From assembly GCA_021161835.1 (NCBI GenBank), contig JAGGZV010000057.1, positions 12,434-76,433 of the forward strand: a stretch of 64,000 nt of DNA, written 5' to 3'. Shown one piece after another: positions 19,138 to 28,405 of the stretch. Source of the stretch: Thermotogota bacterium (GTDB lineage Bacteria; Thermotogota; Thermotogae; UBA12178). The notes under the pieces are model-generated. The model was not told the origin of the DNA. It made no database searches and was given only the letters and a program-made list of their open reading frames with translations. The translations under genes were made by a program, and so were the position numbers. Every line of letters starts with the position of its first letter. Positions within the stretch are counted from its first letter, which is position 1.

Positions 19138-19965
19138 TCAGGTTTCTTGATCCTCGTATTCTTCCAGCCTTTCGTAATCTTCCAAAGGTTCTTCTTCGAC
19201 GAGGCCTTCTTCCACACTTTCTTCTATGCTTTCTTCCGCCTGTTCTTCACTTTCTTGCTGCTGTTCCGCTTCTTCCGTCACCAGACCTTCCCGTCCCTCG
19301 ATTATTGCATCTGCTATCTTGGAAGTTATCAAGCGTATGGCCCTTATGGCATCGTCGTTTCCTGGTATGACGTAATCTATATCATCAGGGTCGCAGTTGG
19401 TATCGACTATTGCCACTGTAGGAATTCCCAATATATTGGCCTCGGCAACTGCTATCTTTTCTTTCCGTGGATCGACTATGTAAAGAACATCTGGCACCCT
19501 TTCCATGTTTTTAACGCCACCAAGATTCTTTCGAAGTTTGGTGAGTTCCCTCTTGAGCTTGGCCTGCTCCTTCTTGGGTAATTCATCCAGACGCCCAGAC
19601 TCTTCGAGTTCTTCCAGTTCTACCAGCCTGTCTATCCTCTTTTTTATGGTTTTGAAATTCGTGAGCAACCCACCGAGCCATCTGTTGTTCACGTAGAACG
19701 CTCCGCAACGTGTGGCTTCCTCTCTTATAATATCCTGAGCCTGCCGTTTGGTACCAACGAATAGAAAGGTTGCTCCCTCCGCTGCCTTGTCCCTGACGAA
19801 ATTGTAAGCGATTTCTAGAAGTCTCAACGATTCCTGTAAGTTGATTATGTATATACCTTTTCGAGCGGTGTAGATGTATGGTTCCATCTTCGGATTCCAG
19901 CGCTGTGTCCTGTGCCCAAAATGAACGCCAGCTTCCAGAAGTTCTTTCATGGTAACTATTGCCAA
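19138..19965 (-). CDS. rpsB: 30S ribosomal protein S2 with an acidic C-terminal tail
   Basis: The N-terminus (M)[26 protein letters not shown] identifies S2. The probable start is TTG 19965, 6 nt after GGAGGTG; the ATG at 19980 is an alternative. The last ~45 residues are rich in Glu, Asp and Gln. Confidence 0.95.
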   Translation of the reverse strand: MAIVTMKELLEAGVHFGHRTQRWNPKMEPYIYTARKGIYIINLQESLRLLEIAYNFVRDKAAEGATFLFVGTKRQAQDIIREEATRCGAFYVNNRWLGGLLTNFKTIKKRIDRLVELEELEESGRLDELPKKEQAKLKRELTKLRKNLGGVKNMERVPDVLYIVDPRKEKIAVAEANILGIPTVAIVDTNCDPDDIDYVIPGNDDAIRAIRLITSKIADAIIEGREGLVTEEAEQQQESEEQAEESIEESVEEGLVEEEPLEDYERLEEYEDQET

Positions 19966-20007
19966 TTTCAACACCTCCATCGATGTGGTTTTTTACCTCC
20001 ACCCCGC

Positions 20008-20044
20008 ACGGAATACGACCTTGTCACAGGCACCCGTATTCCGT
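20008..20044 (-). promoter_or_regulatory. 10-bp hairpin in the rpsB 5' region (candidate leader structure)
   Basis: On the minus strand the sequence ACGGAATACG-(17 nt)-CGTATTCCGT is followed by GCGGGGTGGAGGT and has no U-run. It lies between the rsfS stop and the rpsB SD. Confidence 0.3.
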
Positions 20045-20064
20045 TTTAAGCGGGATGTGTGTAT

Positions 20065-20406
20065 TCAAACACCTATCAACCTCTTTGCCATTATCCACAA
20101 TCCTTCCAGATCGTAGAATTCTCTTCCACGCTGCGTGAAGATGTGTATCACAATTTCTCCCGCGTCTATCAGAAGCCAGTCGTAATCCTCTCCTTTGTCG
20201 CAATAGAGCATTCTCACCTTGTTTTTTTCCAGTTCTTCTATGACCGACTCTTTAAGAGCCTTCATGTGTGGCTTCGAATTGGCTGTTACGATCACGAAAT
20301 AGCTCGTGGGTATGGGTGTAGAACGCATATCCAGAACAACCGTATCCTCACCCTCTTTACTTTCAAGTGCTTCGACTATACGCCTGACGAGTTCGAGCAG
20401 ATCCAT
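20065..20406 (-). CDS. rsfS: Ribosome silencing factor RsfS (iojap)
   Basis: The protein reads ...EALESKEGEDTVVLDMR...SYFVIVTANSKPHMKAL...WLLIDAGEIVIHIF. The start was taken at the ATG 6 nt after GGAGGG. Confidence 0.85.
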   Translation of the reverse strand: MDLLELVRRIVEALESKEGEDTVVLDMRSTPIPTSYFVIVTANSKPHMKALKESVIEELEKNKVRMLYCDKGEDYDWLLIDAGEIVIHIFTQRGREFYDLEGLWIMAKRLIGV

Positions 20407-20417
20407 TTCTTCCCTCC

Positions 20418-22244
20418 TCATTCCACCGTGACGCTCTTCGCGAGATTACGCGGCTTGTCTGGATCCAATCCCTTCAAATCCGAAACGTGATATGCGAAAA
20501 GCTGGATGTACGGTGCCATAACCAGTGGATACAGGAGATCGTTCACTTTTGGAACGTATATGACATCTTTCGAAAACTCGCCCACTTCTTCATCACGTTC
20601 GGTGGCAAGCGATATCACAGGTGCGTTTCGGGCAACCGCTTCGATGACGTTACTTTTGGTCTTGTAGAACAATCTGTCTCGAGGTATTATAGCAAAAACC
20701 GGAAATTGTTCATCCAGAAGGGCTATGGGACCATGCTTCAATTCTCCCGCTTGATAAGCTGTGGCATTTATATAACTTATTTCCTTGAGTTTGAGCGCTC
20801 CTTCCATCGCTGTGGGTACACTCATTCCCCTGCCTATATACATGAAATGCAGATAATCTTTATAGCGTGTCGCCACTTCTCTCAGCTGGTTAGAGTGTGC
20901 GAGTGTTCCTTCGATAACTTCAGGCATGTTCCGCATTTGATATATCAATTCTCCGAATTCTTTATTCCACCCGTATCTTTCAGAAATTATGTACAATCCC
21001 AGAAGGTAGAGAACGGCGAGCTGGGATGTGTAAGTTTTGGTTGCTGCCACGCCTATTTCCGGTCCGGATCTAATATAAACAGCTGCATCGCTTTCTCTTG
21101 TAAGAGTGGAACCCACCACATTACATACGGCTATCACTTTCCCTTCTTTGCGCTTGGCCAATCTCACACCCTGGAGGGTGTCGGCAGTTTCACCACTCTG
21201 TGATATGGCCAGTATGAGTGTTCTTTCGTTCACGTGCAGATTTCTGTATCTGAATTCTGAAGCCACATCTACTTCAACATCGAGATCCGATAACCATTCC
21301 ACGAAATATTTGAAAACCAGTCCAGCGTGATAACTGGTGCCGCAGGCAACGACCATTATTCTGTTAACTTCTCTGAGAGTTTTTTTGAATTTTTCGAGTT
21401 CCTCGAAATATACCCTGTCTTCTTTTATCCTGTCTGCCAGTGCTTTTCTCAAAGCTTCGGGTTCCTCCATTATCTCTTTGAGCATATAATGTTTGTATCC
21501 ACCTTTTTCCGCATCCGCTTCTTTCCAGTCTATATGTACCGTCGTTTTGACAACATCGTTTCCCTGAAGATCGAAGATCCTATATCGTCCTTTCTCGAGA
21601 ACAGCCAATTCTCCATCTTCCAGGAATATCACATTGCGTGTGTACGAAAGCAGAGGAGTTACATCCGAGGCCAGCATCGAAACTCTCTCGTTTTTACCTA
21701 TCACGAGGGGACTACCCTTACGTGCAACCACAATTCTCCGGGGTTCATCGGCATGGATTACCCCTACAGCGTAGGCGCCATCGAGCTGGACGATACTGCG
21801 TCTCACCGCTTCCAGTAGATCCCCTCTATAGTTGTCTTCTATCAAATGGGCTATCACCTCAGTGTCCGTTTCCGAGACAAAAACGTGCCCTCTGGCTATC
21901 AACCTTTCTCTCAAATCCGAGTAATTTTCTATTATGCCATTGTGGACAACTGCTATCTTGTTGGTACAATCTATGTGTGGATGAGCGTTCACATCATTGG
22001 GTTCACCGTGTGTGGCCCATCGTGTGTGTGCTATGGCGACCTGGGTTTTTTCTTTCAATGTTTCCTGCATCAAATCCAACAGTTCATCAATTCTACCTTT
22101 TTTCTTGTGGTAATTCAGGGTGTTGTGAGCGCTCAGGTAGGCTATTCCGGCAGAATCGTACCCTCTATATTCAAGCTTTTTCAGGGCGTCCAGTACCTCA
22201 CCAATTTTCACATCAGCACCCACCATACCAACGATTCCACACAT
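20418..22244 (-). CDS. glmS: Glutamine--fructose-6-phosphate aminotransferase
   Basis: The MCGIVG N-terminal nucleophile and two SIS domains are present, and the protein ends in the family-typical ...KSVTVE. The ORF is 608 aa. Confidence 0.97.
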   Translation of the reverse strand: MCGIVGMVGADVKIGEVLDALKKLEYRGYDSAGIAYLSAHNTLNYHKKKGRIDELLDLMQETLKEKTQVAIAHTRWATHGEPNDVNAHPHIDCTNKIAVVHNGIIENYSDLRERLIARGHVFVSETDTEVIAHLIEDNYRGDLLEAVRRSIVQLDGAYAVGVIHADEPRRIVVARKGSPLVIGKNERVSMLASDVTPLLSYTRNVIFLEDGELAVLEKGRYRIFDLQGNDVVKTTVHIDWKEADAEKGGYKHYMLKEIMEEPEALRKALADRIKEDRVYFEELEKFKKTLREVNRIMVVACGTSYHAGLVFKYFVEWLSDLDVEVDVASEFRYRNLHVNERTLILAISQSGETADTLQGVRLAKRKEGKVIAVCNVVGSTLTRESDAAVYIRSGPEIGVAATKTYTSQLAVLYLLGLYIISERYGWNKEFGELIYQMRNMPEVIEGTLAHSNQLREVATRYKDYLHFMYIGRGMSVPTAMEGALKLKEISYINATAYQAGELKHGPIALLDEQFPVFAIIPRDRLFYKTKSNVIEAVARNAPVISLATERDEEVGEFSKDVIYVPKVNDLLYPLVMAPYIQLFAYHVSDLKGLDPDKPRNLAKSVTVE

Positions 22245-23236
22245 TAAGATATCATCTCCTCTATCATTTGTGGAAGATGCATTTGTACCCCCTTTCGGGC
22301 AACTTTCAATGCGTTATAAATTGCAAGAGCATCTGAACTTCCGTGTGCTTTGACCACCACACCCTTCACTCCCAACATGAAGGCACCACCATGTTCTCTA
22401 TAATCGAAGCGTCTGGAGAGGGCATTGAAAACAGGTTTCATCATGAGGGCTCCAATATAGGAAGGAAAAGGCTTTTTTCTCATTTCTTTCTTCAAGGTTT
22501 CAACGAAAAACTTTATCGCTCCTTCGTACGATTTCAAAACCACGTTTCCCGAGAATCCGTCTGCTACCACCACATCCGCCATCCTGAAGGGTATATCGCG
22601 TGCCTGAACATTTCCCACAAAAATTTCACCGAGTTCTTTTTTCAAAAGTTCGTGGGATTCCTTAACCAATGAATTGCCTTTTTCCTCCTCTTCGCCTATA
22701 TTCAGTATCCCCACCCTTGGTTTGGAGATACCGAGTATTTTCGCATAAGCAATTCCCATTCTTGCGAAATCCAGCATGTTTCTGGCTTTAACCTCGGCAT
22801 TGGCTCCCGCATCTATGAGTATCACAACCCCGTTTTCGGCAGGTAACGGAGTGGCAAGTGCAGGTCTTTCAAGTCCAGGAATCCTTCCCACCACAAAAGT
22901 TGCAGCTGCCAGCAAAGCTCCTGTATTACCCGCACTCACAAATCCTCCTGCTTTCCCCTCTGCAACCAATTTTGCACACACATACAGGGAACTTTCTTTT
23001 TTCTTAAGAACTTCAAGGGGTTTTTCATCCATTTCCACCAAATCCGGAGCATGGTGAATTGTAACACGCTTGAGAACGTCCCTGTGTCTGGAAAGTTCGC
23101 GTTTTATTAAATCTGCTCTCCCCACAAGGATTAAATCAATGGGATGTGTACGAACGGTTTCAACAATACCTTTTATAACCTCATCAGGGGCACGGTCGCC
23201 CCCCATAACATCCACAGCAATGGCTTGTGTATTCAT
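22244..23236 (-). CDS. plsX: Phosphate acyltransferase PlsX
   Basis: The protein begins MNTQAIAVDVMGGDRAP. The start ATG overlaps the rpmF stop in an ATGA arrangement. Confidence 0.92.
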   Translation of the reverse strand: MNTQAIAVDVMGGDRAPDEVIKGIVETVRTHPIDLILVGRADLIKRELSRHRDVLKRVTIHHAPDLVEMDEKPLEVLKKKESSLYVCAKLVAEGKAGGFVSAGNTGALLAAATFVVGRIPGLERPALATPLPAENGVVILIDAGANAEVKARNMLDFARMGIAYAKILGISKPRVGILNIGEEEEKGNSLVKESHELLKKELGEIFVGNVQARDIPFRMADVVVADGFSGNVVLKSYEGAIKFFVETLKKEMRKKPFPSYIGALMMKPVFNALSRRFDYREHGGAFMLGVKGVVVKAHGSSDALAIYNALKVARKGVQMHLPQMIEEMIS

Positions 23237-23415
23237 TCTTCTATCTCGAGCACCTGCCTGTCTCCGTAGTAACCACAGCTCAAGCACACCCTGTGGGGTT
23301 GTTTCGGAGCACCGCACCTCGGACATACGGAGAGAGCCACATGAATGGGTTTGTATATCTTGGCTCTCTTATGATGCGTTCTGGAACGTGATCTCTTCTG
23401 CTTGGGCACCGCCAT
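23233..23415 (-). CDS. rpmF: 50S ribosomal protein L32
   Basis: The 60-aa ORF reads MAVPKQKRSRSRTHHKRA...CPRCG...CLSCGYY. Confidence 0.95.
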   Translation of the reverse strand: MAVPKQKRSRSRTHHKRAKIYKPIHVALSVCPRCGAPKQPHRVCLSCGYYGDRQVLEIEE

Positions 23416-23421
23416 GATTCT

Positions 23422-23976
23422 TCAGCCTCCTTCAGCTATCCTGGATTTGAATTCTTGCAAAACGGCCCACCGTGGATCCACAATCCCGGATTTTTCGGTG
23501 CATTTGTGATCAGGATCCTCGTTCAGATTTTTCCCACAATACTGACATAGGCCTTTACAGTCAGGTTTGCACAACAACTTCTGTGGTACTTCCACCACGA
23601 TGGCTTCAAGAACCCTTTCGGCTAGATCCACCACCGGAGTAGAATAATACACCACGTTCTCAAGTTTTTCAAGTTTTTCTTCCACATTCTTCTGTTCTTT
23701 TAAAACTTCAAATGGTCTGTATATCGCTTCAATACGGCCCTTTATTGGCAATTTGAATGTTTCCAGGCATCGGGAGCAGGGGCATAATAGAACTGTTTGA
23801 ACACTTCCTAAAACCTTCAACCCGTCTTTATCCAATCTGTACTGTATGTGAACTTTTATTGGTGCAACCACCGGACATTTCCCAACATCGAGTTCTATCT
23901 CTTCCCAGTGCAACTCTCCCTGGTATTTGTATACCGTACCGATTTTCAATCTTCCAATGTCCACTGGTATATCCAA
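23422..23976 (-). CDS. yceD: YceD/DUF177 family protein (large-subunit rRNA accumulation)
   Basis: Paired Cys motifs (CSRCLETF...CKPDCKGLCQYCGKNLN) are present. The gene occupies the conserved position upstream of rpmF. Confidence 0.85.
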   Translation of the reverse strand: MDIPVDIGRLKIGTVYKYQGELHWEEIELDVGKCPVVAPIKVHIQYRLDKDGLKVLGSVQTVLLCPCSRCLETFKLPIKGRIEAIYRPFEVLKEQKNVEEKLEKLENVVYYSTPVVDLAERVLEAIVVEVPQKLLCKPDCKGLCQYCGKNLNEDPDHKCTEKSGIVDPRWAVLQEFKSRIAEGG

Positions 23977-24042
23977 AATTTCATCACCACCAAAAGTAGT
24001 ATAATAACTAACGTAAAACGAAAACAGGAGGGATAGCTTCTC

Positions 24043-25065
24043 ATGTCAATTAAAAAATATCAACTCCTGTTTGCCGTAGCAATATCGTTGATTTCCTGCA
24101 TGTTATCTGCTGGAATCCTGTCCGTGGATCCCAGTATATTTTACCATCAGTACTGGTACGTGTCAGGCAAGATCTTTCAGGATAGTGCTTCGTTCGTTTT
24201 GAATGTGCCCCTGGATTATCCGTTGTTACCCACCGAGATGGTTTTAAGCTTTGCTGGAGTTGAAAAGAGGGACTGGGATCTGCTGAAGGCCATGATGTTC
24301 GTTGAGTCTTCTTTCAACGCGCATGCGGTGTCAAAATACGGGGCTGTTGGGTTGTTGCAGTTGATGCCAAAAACAGCAGAAGTGTTGGGAGTAACCAATC
24401 GCTTTGATCCCTTCCAAAATGTTCGCGGTGCTTACAAGTATTTGAAAGCACTGGAAAGAAAATTCGGTAGCGAAAGCAAGGCGATAGCAGCCTATCACCA
24501 CGGCCCGGGAAATGTTGCGAGATATGGAATAGCCGGACCCGGGAAAGTGTATCTCGAGAAGGTGCGTGCGGCCGAAAGGCGTATCATCAACAATACACTG
24601 GATACCAGCTTTATAAAGGAAAGGGCATGGCTCTTCATGGGCGTGGATCTACATAAAAGTGATAAATCCTACATAACGTACGGGATTCTGTCACATATCC
24701 TGGGTTCGCTGATACTAGGTGTAAAGGCTAAGGTGGAGTACTTAACACAGGATATGAGTTTTAAACCTTATCAGCTTGTGCCTGTAGCAGGATACAGGTT
24801 TTCTGAAAGATTTTCGGTCCTGGGTGGACTCGATCTGGTGAGAGGAGAAGGTGCTGTTCTATCTTTTCTGAACCTCGGATTACTGGAGCTGGAGGGTGGA
24901 TGGGATCAGGGATTAGTTATAATGGGCAGAACGGCAGTGGGAAATCTTCTCCTGGAGCTTGGGTATGCCAACGAGAATTTCAATGGTATTATTACACTGA
25001 TTCTGGGTGGATTCAAAGTTGGATTGGGATGGAACGGAGAGTACTTCCTCACTCTCGAGAGTTGA
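24043..25065 (+). CDS. Lytic transglycosylase (SLT domain) lipoprotein with a beta-rich C-terminal domain
   Basis: A lipobox is present (MSIKKYQLLFAVAISLIS-C). The SLT catalytic region reads MMFVESSFNAHAVSKYGAVGLLQLMPKTA. The C-terminal ~150 aa are Gly/Leu-rich with an alternating pattern. The gene lies immediately upstream of fliF. Confidence 0.8.
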   Translation: MSIKKYQLLFAVAISLISCMLSAGILSVDPSIFYHQYWYVSGKIFQDSASFVLNVPLDYPLLPTEMVLSFAGVEKRDWDLLKAMMFVESSFNAHAVSKYGAVGLLQLMPKTAEVLGVTNRFDPFQNVRGAYKYLKALERKFGSESKAIAAYHHGPGNVARYGIAGPGKVYLEKVRAAERRIINNTLDTSFIKERAWLFMGVDLHKSDKSYITYGILSHILGSLILGVKAKVEYLTQDMSFKPYQLVPVAGYRFSERFSVLGGLDLVRGEGAVLSFLNLGLLELEGGWDQGLVIMGRTAVGNLLLELGYANENFNGIITLILGGFKVGLGWNGEYFLTLES

Positions 25066-25080
25066 GGAAGGGGGCGAATT

Positions 25081-26658
25081 ATGGCTTTACAGGATGATCT
25101 GAAAAATTTTATAGGGAAGATAGGGGGATTCTGGCGATCTCTTCCCACCACCAGAAAGCTCTTGATCGCTGCATTGATACTTGCCTTTTTACTATCACTG
25201 GTTTTCCTCACCGTCACCGTGACCAGACCCACTTACAACGTGTTGGTGAAGAACCTGAGTGAAGAAGAAGCGGGACGTATAGCCCAGGCTCTTGATAACA
25301 TGGGTGTTCAGTACAAAGCGGGCCCTGGTGGAGCAATACTGGTCCCGGATACTGTTAACGTATATGAGTTGAGAATGAAATTGGCGGCCGAAGGCGTGAT
25401 AGGAACCGCAACCAAAGGGTTCGAACTTCTGGACAAGCAGAGTTTCGGTGCCACGGCTTTTGACAAACAGGTGAACTATCAGAGAGCACTCCAAGGTGAG
25501 TTGGAAAGAAGCATAGCGACGATAAAAGGTGTGAAATTCGCCAGAGTTTTCCTCAACATTCCCAAGTTTACCTATTACACAAGAGAGTATGCCAAACCAT
25601 CTGCTTCGGTGCTGGTGTATTTGGAACCTGGTGCGGAGCTCTCACCAAAACAAGTGCGAGGAATCATGGAGTTAGTTGCGGGAGCTGTTGAAGGGCTGAA
25701 TATAGAGAACGTAAAGGTTGTTGACAACTATTCGCGACTTTTGAGTGAGCGTGTGATCATGGAAAGAGAGGGTATCGAGGCGACCACCAAGTTCGAATTG
25801 CAAAAGCAAATCCAGGATTATTACACGCGTTTGATAACGCAGAAGCTCGAGCGAATATTCGGTGTGGGGAATGTGGTTGTCATGTCTGACATAAAATTGA
25901 ACTGGCAGACGATAGAAAAGGAGAGCAAAAAGTACGAGCCTGTCTTGAAGAAGGAAGGAGTAGTGATAAGCAAGGAAGAGGAGAAAGAAAGCTACACGGG
26001 CGTCGGGGATGTGGGTGGTGAAGTGGGAACAGAAGGTAATATCCCACCTATAACGTATCCCAGTGTTACAGGCGGTACAGCGAAGAGTGAGAGAACACAC
26101 ACTATAGTGAATTACAACGTTAACGAAATATACGAGAAGATAGTGACCAACAGGTATGGTGAGATATCTTCGAAAACTTTCACGGTGGTCATTGATTCTT
26201 CAGCGTTATCTCATCTGCCTTCGACTTCCACATTGGAGGAAGATATGAGGCATGCCATAGCTCTTGCCACCAATTCACCTCCCACATCGGTTTCCATAAT
26301 GTTCCTGCCTTTCAACAGGGAAGTGGAAGTGTCGCTCATGCGTGAGATGGCCATGGCAAAAGAGCTGGAGAAAAGGAGGAAGTTCATAATAGGTTTGACT
26401 TTGCTTTCAACACTCATAATAGCCATATTTTTCCTCATCATATATCAGGTGAGGAAAGTGAGGGCTCAGAAGATGGTTCTGGAACGTAAGAAGATGCTTG
26501 AGGAAGAATTGAGAAAGGAGATAGCTATGGAAGAAGAGGAGCTTGCTATCTCCGCCGAAGAAGCCGAACTTCAGGCTTTGATAAGGGATGTCACCGATAT
26601 AGCCGGTAAGGATCCAGAATCGGTGGCAGATGTTATCAGAAGTTGGCTCACCAGTTGA
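25081..26658 (+). CDS. fliF: Flagellar M-ring protein FliF
   Basis: The 525-aa ORF has an N-terminal TM segment and YscJ/FliF-like regions (VPDTVNVYELRMKLAAEGV..., ...ERSIATIKGVKFARV). A C-terminal TM segment and an acidic tail follow. Confidence 0.92.
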   Translation: MALQDDLKNFIGKIGGFWRSLPTTRKLLIAALILAFLLSLVFLTVTVTRPTYNVLVKNLSEEEAGRIAQALDNMGVQYKAGPGGAILVPDTVNVYELRMKLAAEGVIGTATKGFELLDKQSFGATAFDKQVNYQRALQGELERSIATIKGVKFARVFLNIPKFTYYTREYAKPSASVLVYLEPGAELSPKQVRGIMELVAGAVEGLNIENVKVVDNYSRLLSERVIMEREGIEATTKFELQKQIQDYYTRLITQKLERIFGVGNVVVMSDIKLNWQTIEKESKKYEPVLKKEGVVISKEEEKESYTGVGDVGGEVGTEGNIPPITYPSVTGGTAKSERTHTIVNYNVNEIYEKIVTNRYGEISSKTFTVVIDSSALSHLPSTSTLEEDMRHAIALATNSPPTSVSIMFLPFNREVEVSLMREMAMAKELEKRRKFIIGLTLLSTLIIAIFFLIIYQVRKVRAQKMVLERKKMLEEELRKEIAMEEEELAISAEEAELQALIRDVTDIAGKDPESVADVIRSWLTS

Positions 26659-26666
26659 GGTGATTC

Positions 26667-27671
26667 GTGATGCCGGATATCCCTGGTACACGTAAAGCAG
26701 CTATACTTCTGGTCCTGATGGGGACTGAAAGGGCGGCTAACGTGCTCAAACATCTCGATGAGGATCAGATAGAGCTTCTCACCCTGGAGATAGCCAATCT
26801 GGGGAAGGTGAGCGACGAAGAAAAAAGAGAAGTAATGGAGGAATTCAAGAACCTGATGAAAGCCAGAGAATTCATCGTTACAGGTGGGGTTGACTATGCC
26901 AGGCAGTTGTTGGAGAAGGCTCTGGGACCGGAGAAGGCCATGGAAATAATAGACAAGCTCGTTTCGAGTTTGCAGGTACGGCCATTCGAATTTTTACGAC
27001 GTGTTGATGCCATACAGCTGGTGAACTTTCTGCAAAGTGAGCATCCCCAGACTATAGCTCTGGTACTTTCCTACATGCCTCCACAACAGGCGGCAACGGT
27101 TCTGGCATCGTTACCCGAAGAATTGAGACCGGAAGTGGTTAAGAGAATAGCCATGTTGGATAGAGCCACACCCGAGACGGTCAAGGAAGTTGAAAGATTG
27201 ATGGAGCAAAAACTGTCAACCTTTGCTGCTCAACCGTTCAGCCAGGTCGGTGGCATAGAAACGGTGGCGGAGATCATCAACACGCTGGATAGATCGACCG
27301 AAAAAACGATCATGGATTCTCTTTCGGAAACCGATCCGGAGCTCGCGGAAGAGATAAGAAGGAAGATGTTCGTGTTCGAAGATATCGTCAAGCTGGACGA
27401 CAGGAGTGTACAGCTTGTTCTGCGTGAAGTCGATACCAAAGATCTTGCTCTTGCATTGAAGGGTGCAACGGATGAAGTCAAAGAGAAGATTTTCAACAAC
27501 ATGTCAAAACGCGCGAGAGCACTTCTACAGGAGGAAATAGAGTTCATGGGACCAGTACGTGTGAGAGATGTGGAAGAGGCCCAGCAGAAGATCATAGCGG
27601 TGATCAGAAGACTCGAGGAAGCGGGTGAGATAGTCATAGCTAGAGGCGGAGGAGAGGAGATGATAATCTGA
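26667..27671 (+). CDS. fliG: Flagellar motor switch protein FliG
   Basis: The 334-aa ORF reads RKAAILLVLMGTERAANVLKHLDEDQIE... and ...MFVFEDIVKLDDRSVQLVLREV. Confidence 0.95.
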   Translation: MMPDIPGTRKAAILLVLMGTERAANVLKHLDEDQIELLTLEIANLGKVSDEEKREVMEEFKNLMKAREFIVTGGVDYARQLLEKALGPEKAMEIIDKLVSSLQVRPFEFLRRVDAIQLVNFLQSEHPQTIALVLSYMPPQQAATVLASLPEELRPEVVKRIAMLDRATPETVKEVERLMEQKLSTFAAQPFSQVGGIETVAEIINTLDRSTEKTIMDSLSETDPELAEEIRRKMFVFEDIVKLDDRSVQLVLREVDTKDLALALKGATDEVKEKIFNNMSKRARALLQEEIEFMGPVRVRDVEEAQQKIIAVIRRLEEAGEIVIARGGGEEMII

Positions 27672-28405
27672 GCAACCTGATAAAGAAGCACCTGGTACTC
27701 ATGGATCTGAACGCCGAATCTTTGAAGGACGACCAGTACGATCCTCAGAAAATATCCGATGCCATTCTCGAGGAGGCGCGGGAGGAAGCAAGAAACATTC
27801 TGGAGGATGCAAGGAGAGAAGCGGAGAAAATAAAGGAAAATGCATCCATTGAAGCTGGGAAGAAAATCAGAGAGGCACAGGAGAAAGCAGCCACGCTTTT
27901 AGAGGAAGCCAGAAAAAAGGGATACGAGGAAGGCATTCGAAGTGCTCAGGAGATTGTAAATCTTATGAAAAGAGCTGTAGAAAAGTACGAGAAGTATTTG
28001 AAAGACCTGGAAGCAAACGCACTTCCGATGCTGTTGAATCTGTACAAGGAGGTTGCTTCCAAAACCTTGGTTGATGGACTTTCGCAACATGAGGATCTGA
28101 TCGAAAGGGTTATAAGGAAAGTACTGGACAAGCTATCATCGTCGAGAAATGTGATATTCAGGGTGAGCCTGCAGGATTACGACAAACACGGCAAGAAGAT
28201 GGCAGAGTTATTGTCTTTCATACCTGATCTGACCATAAGACCGGATAGCTCTTTGAAGCCAGGTGAAATACTGGCCGAAACCGAATTCGGGATGGTGGAT
28301 GCTTCCCCATGGAGAGTGGTGGAAGAGTTCAAAGAAGCAATGGAGGGACTGGTGAATGGTGTCTCGAATTTTGGAAGAGATGAAGTCGAGGATTCAACGC
28401 ATTGA
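27668..28405 (+). CDS. fliH: Flagellar assembly protein FliH (probable CTG start overlapping the fliG stop; first ATG at 27701)
   Basis: The protein has a coiled-coil, Glu/Lys-rich N-terminal half and a FliH C-terminal region. The frame is open upstream of ATG 27701 and encodes (L)SNLIKKHLVL, a typical FliH N-terminus, with GGAGGAGAGGAG 8 nt before CTG 27668. Confidence 0.8.
   Translation: MSNLIKKHLVLMDLNAESLKDDQYDPQKISDAILEEAREEARNILEDARREAEKIKENASIEAGKKIREAQEKAATLLEEARKKGYEEGIRSAQEIVNLMKRAVEKYEKYLKDLEANALPMLLNLYKEVASKTLVDGLSQHEDLIERVIRKVLDKLSSSRNVIFRVSLQDYDKHGKKMAELLSFIPDLTIRPDSSLKPGEILAETEFGMVDASPWRVVEEFKEAMEGLVNGVSNFGRDEVEDSTH

Noticed and set aside
22245-22340. A glmS ribozyme upstream of glmS
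   Set aside because: The glmS ATG overlaps the plsX stop codon, so there is no untranslated leader to hold a ribozyme.
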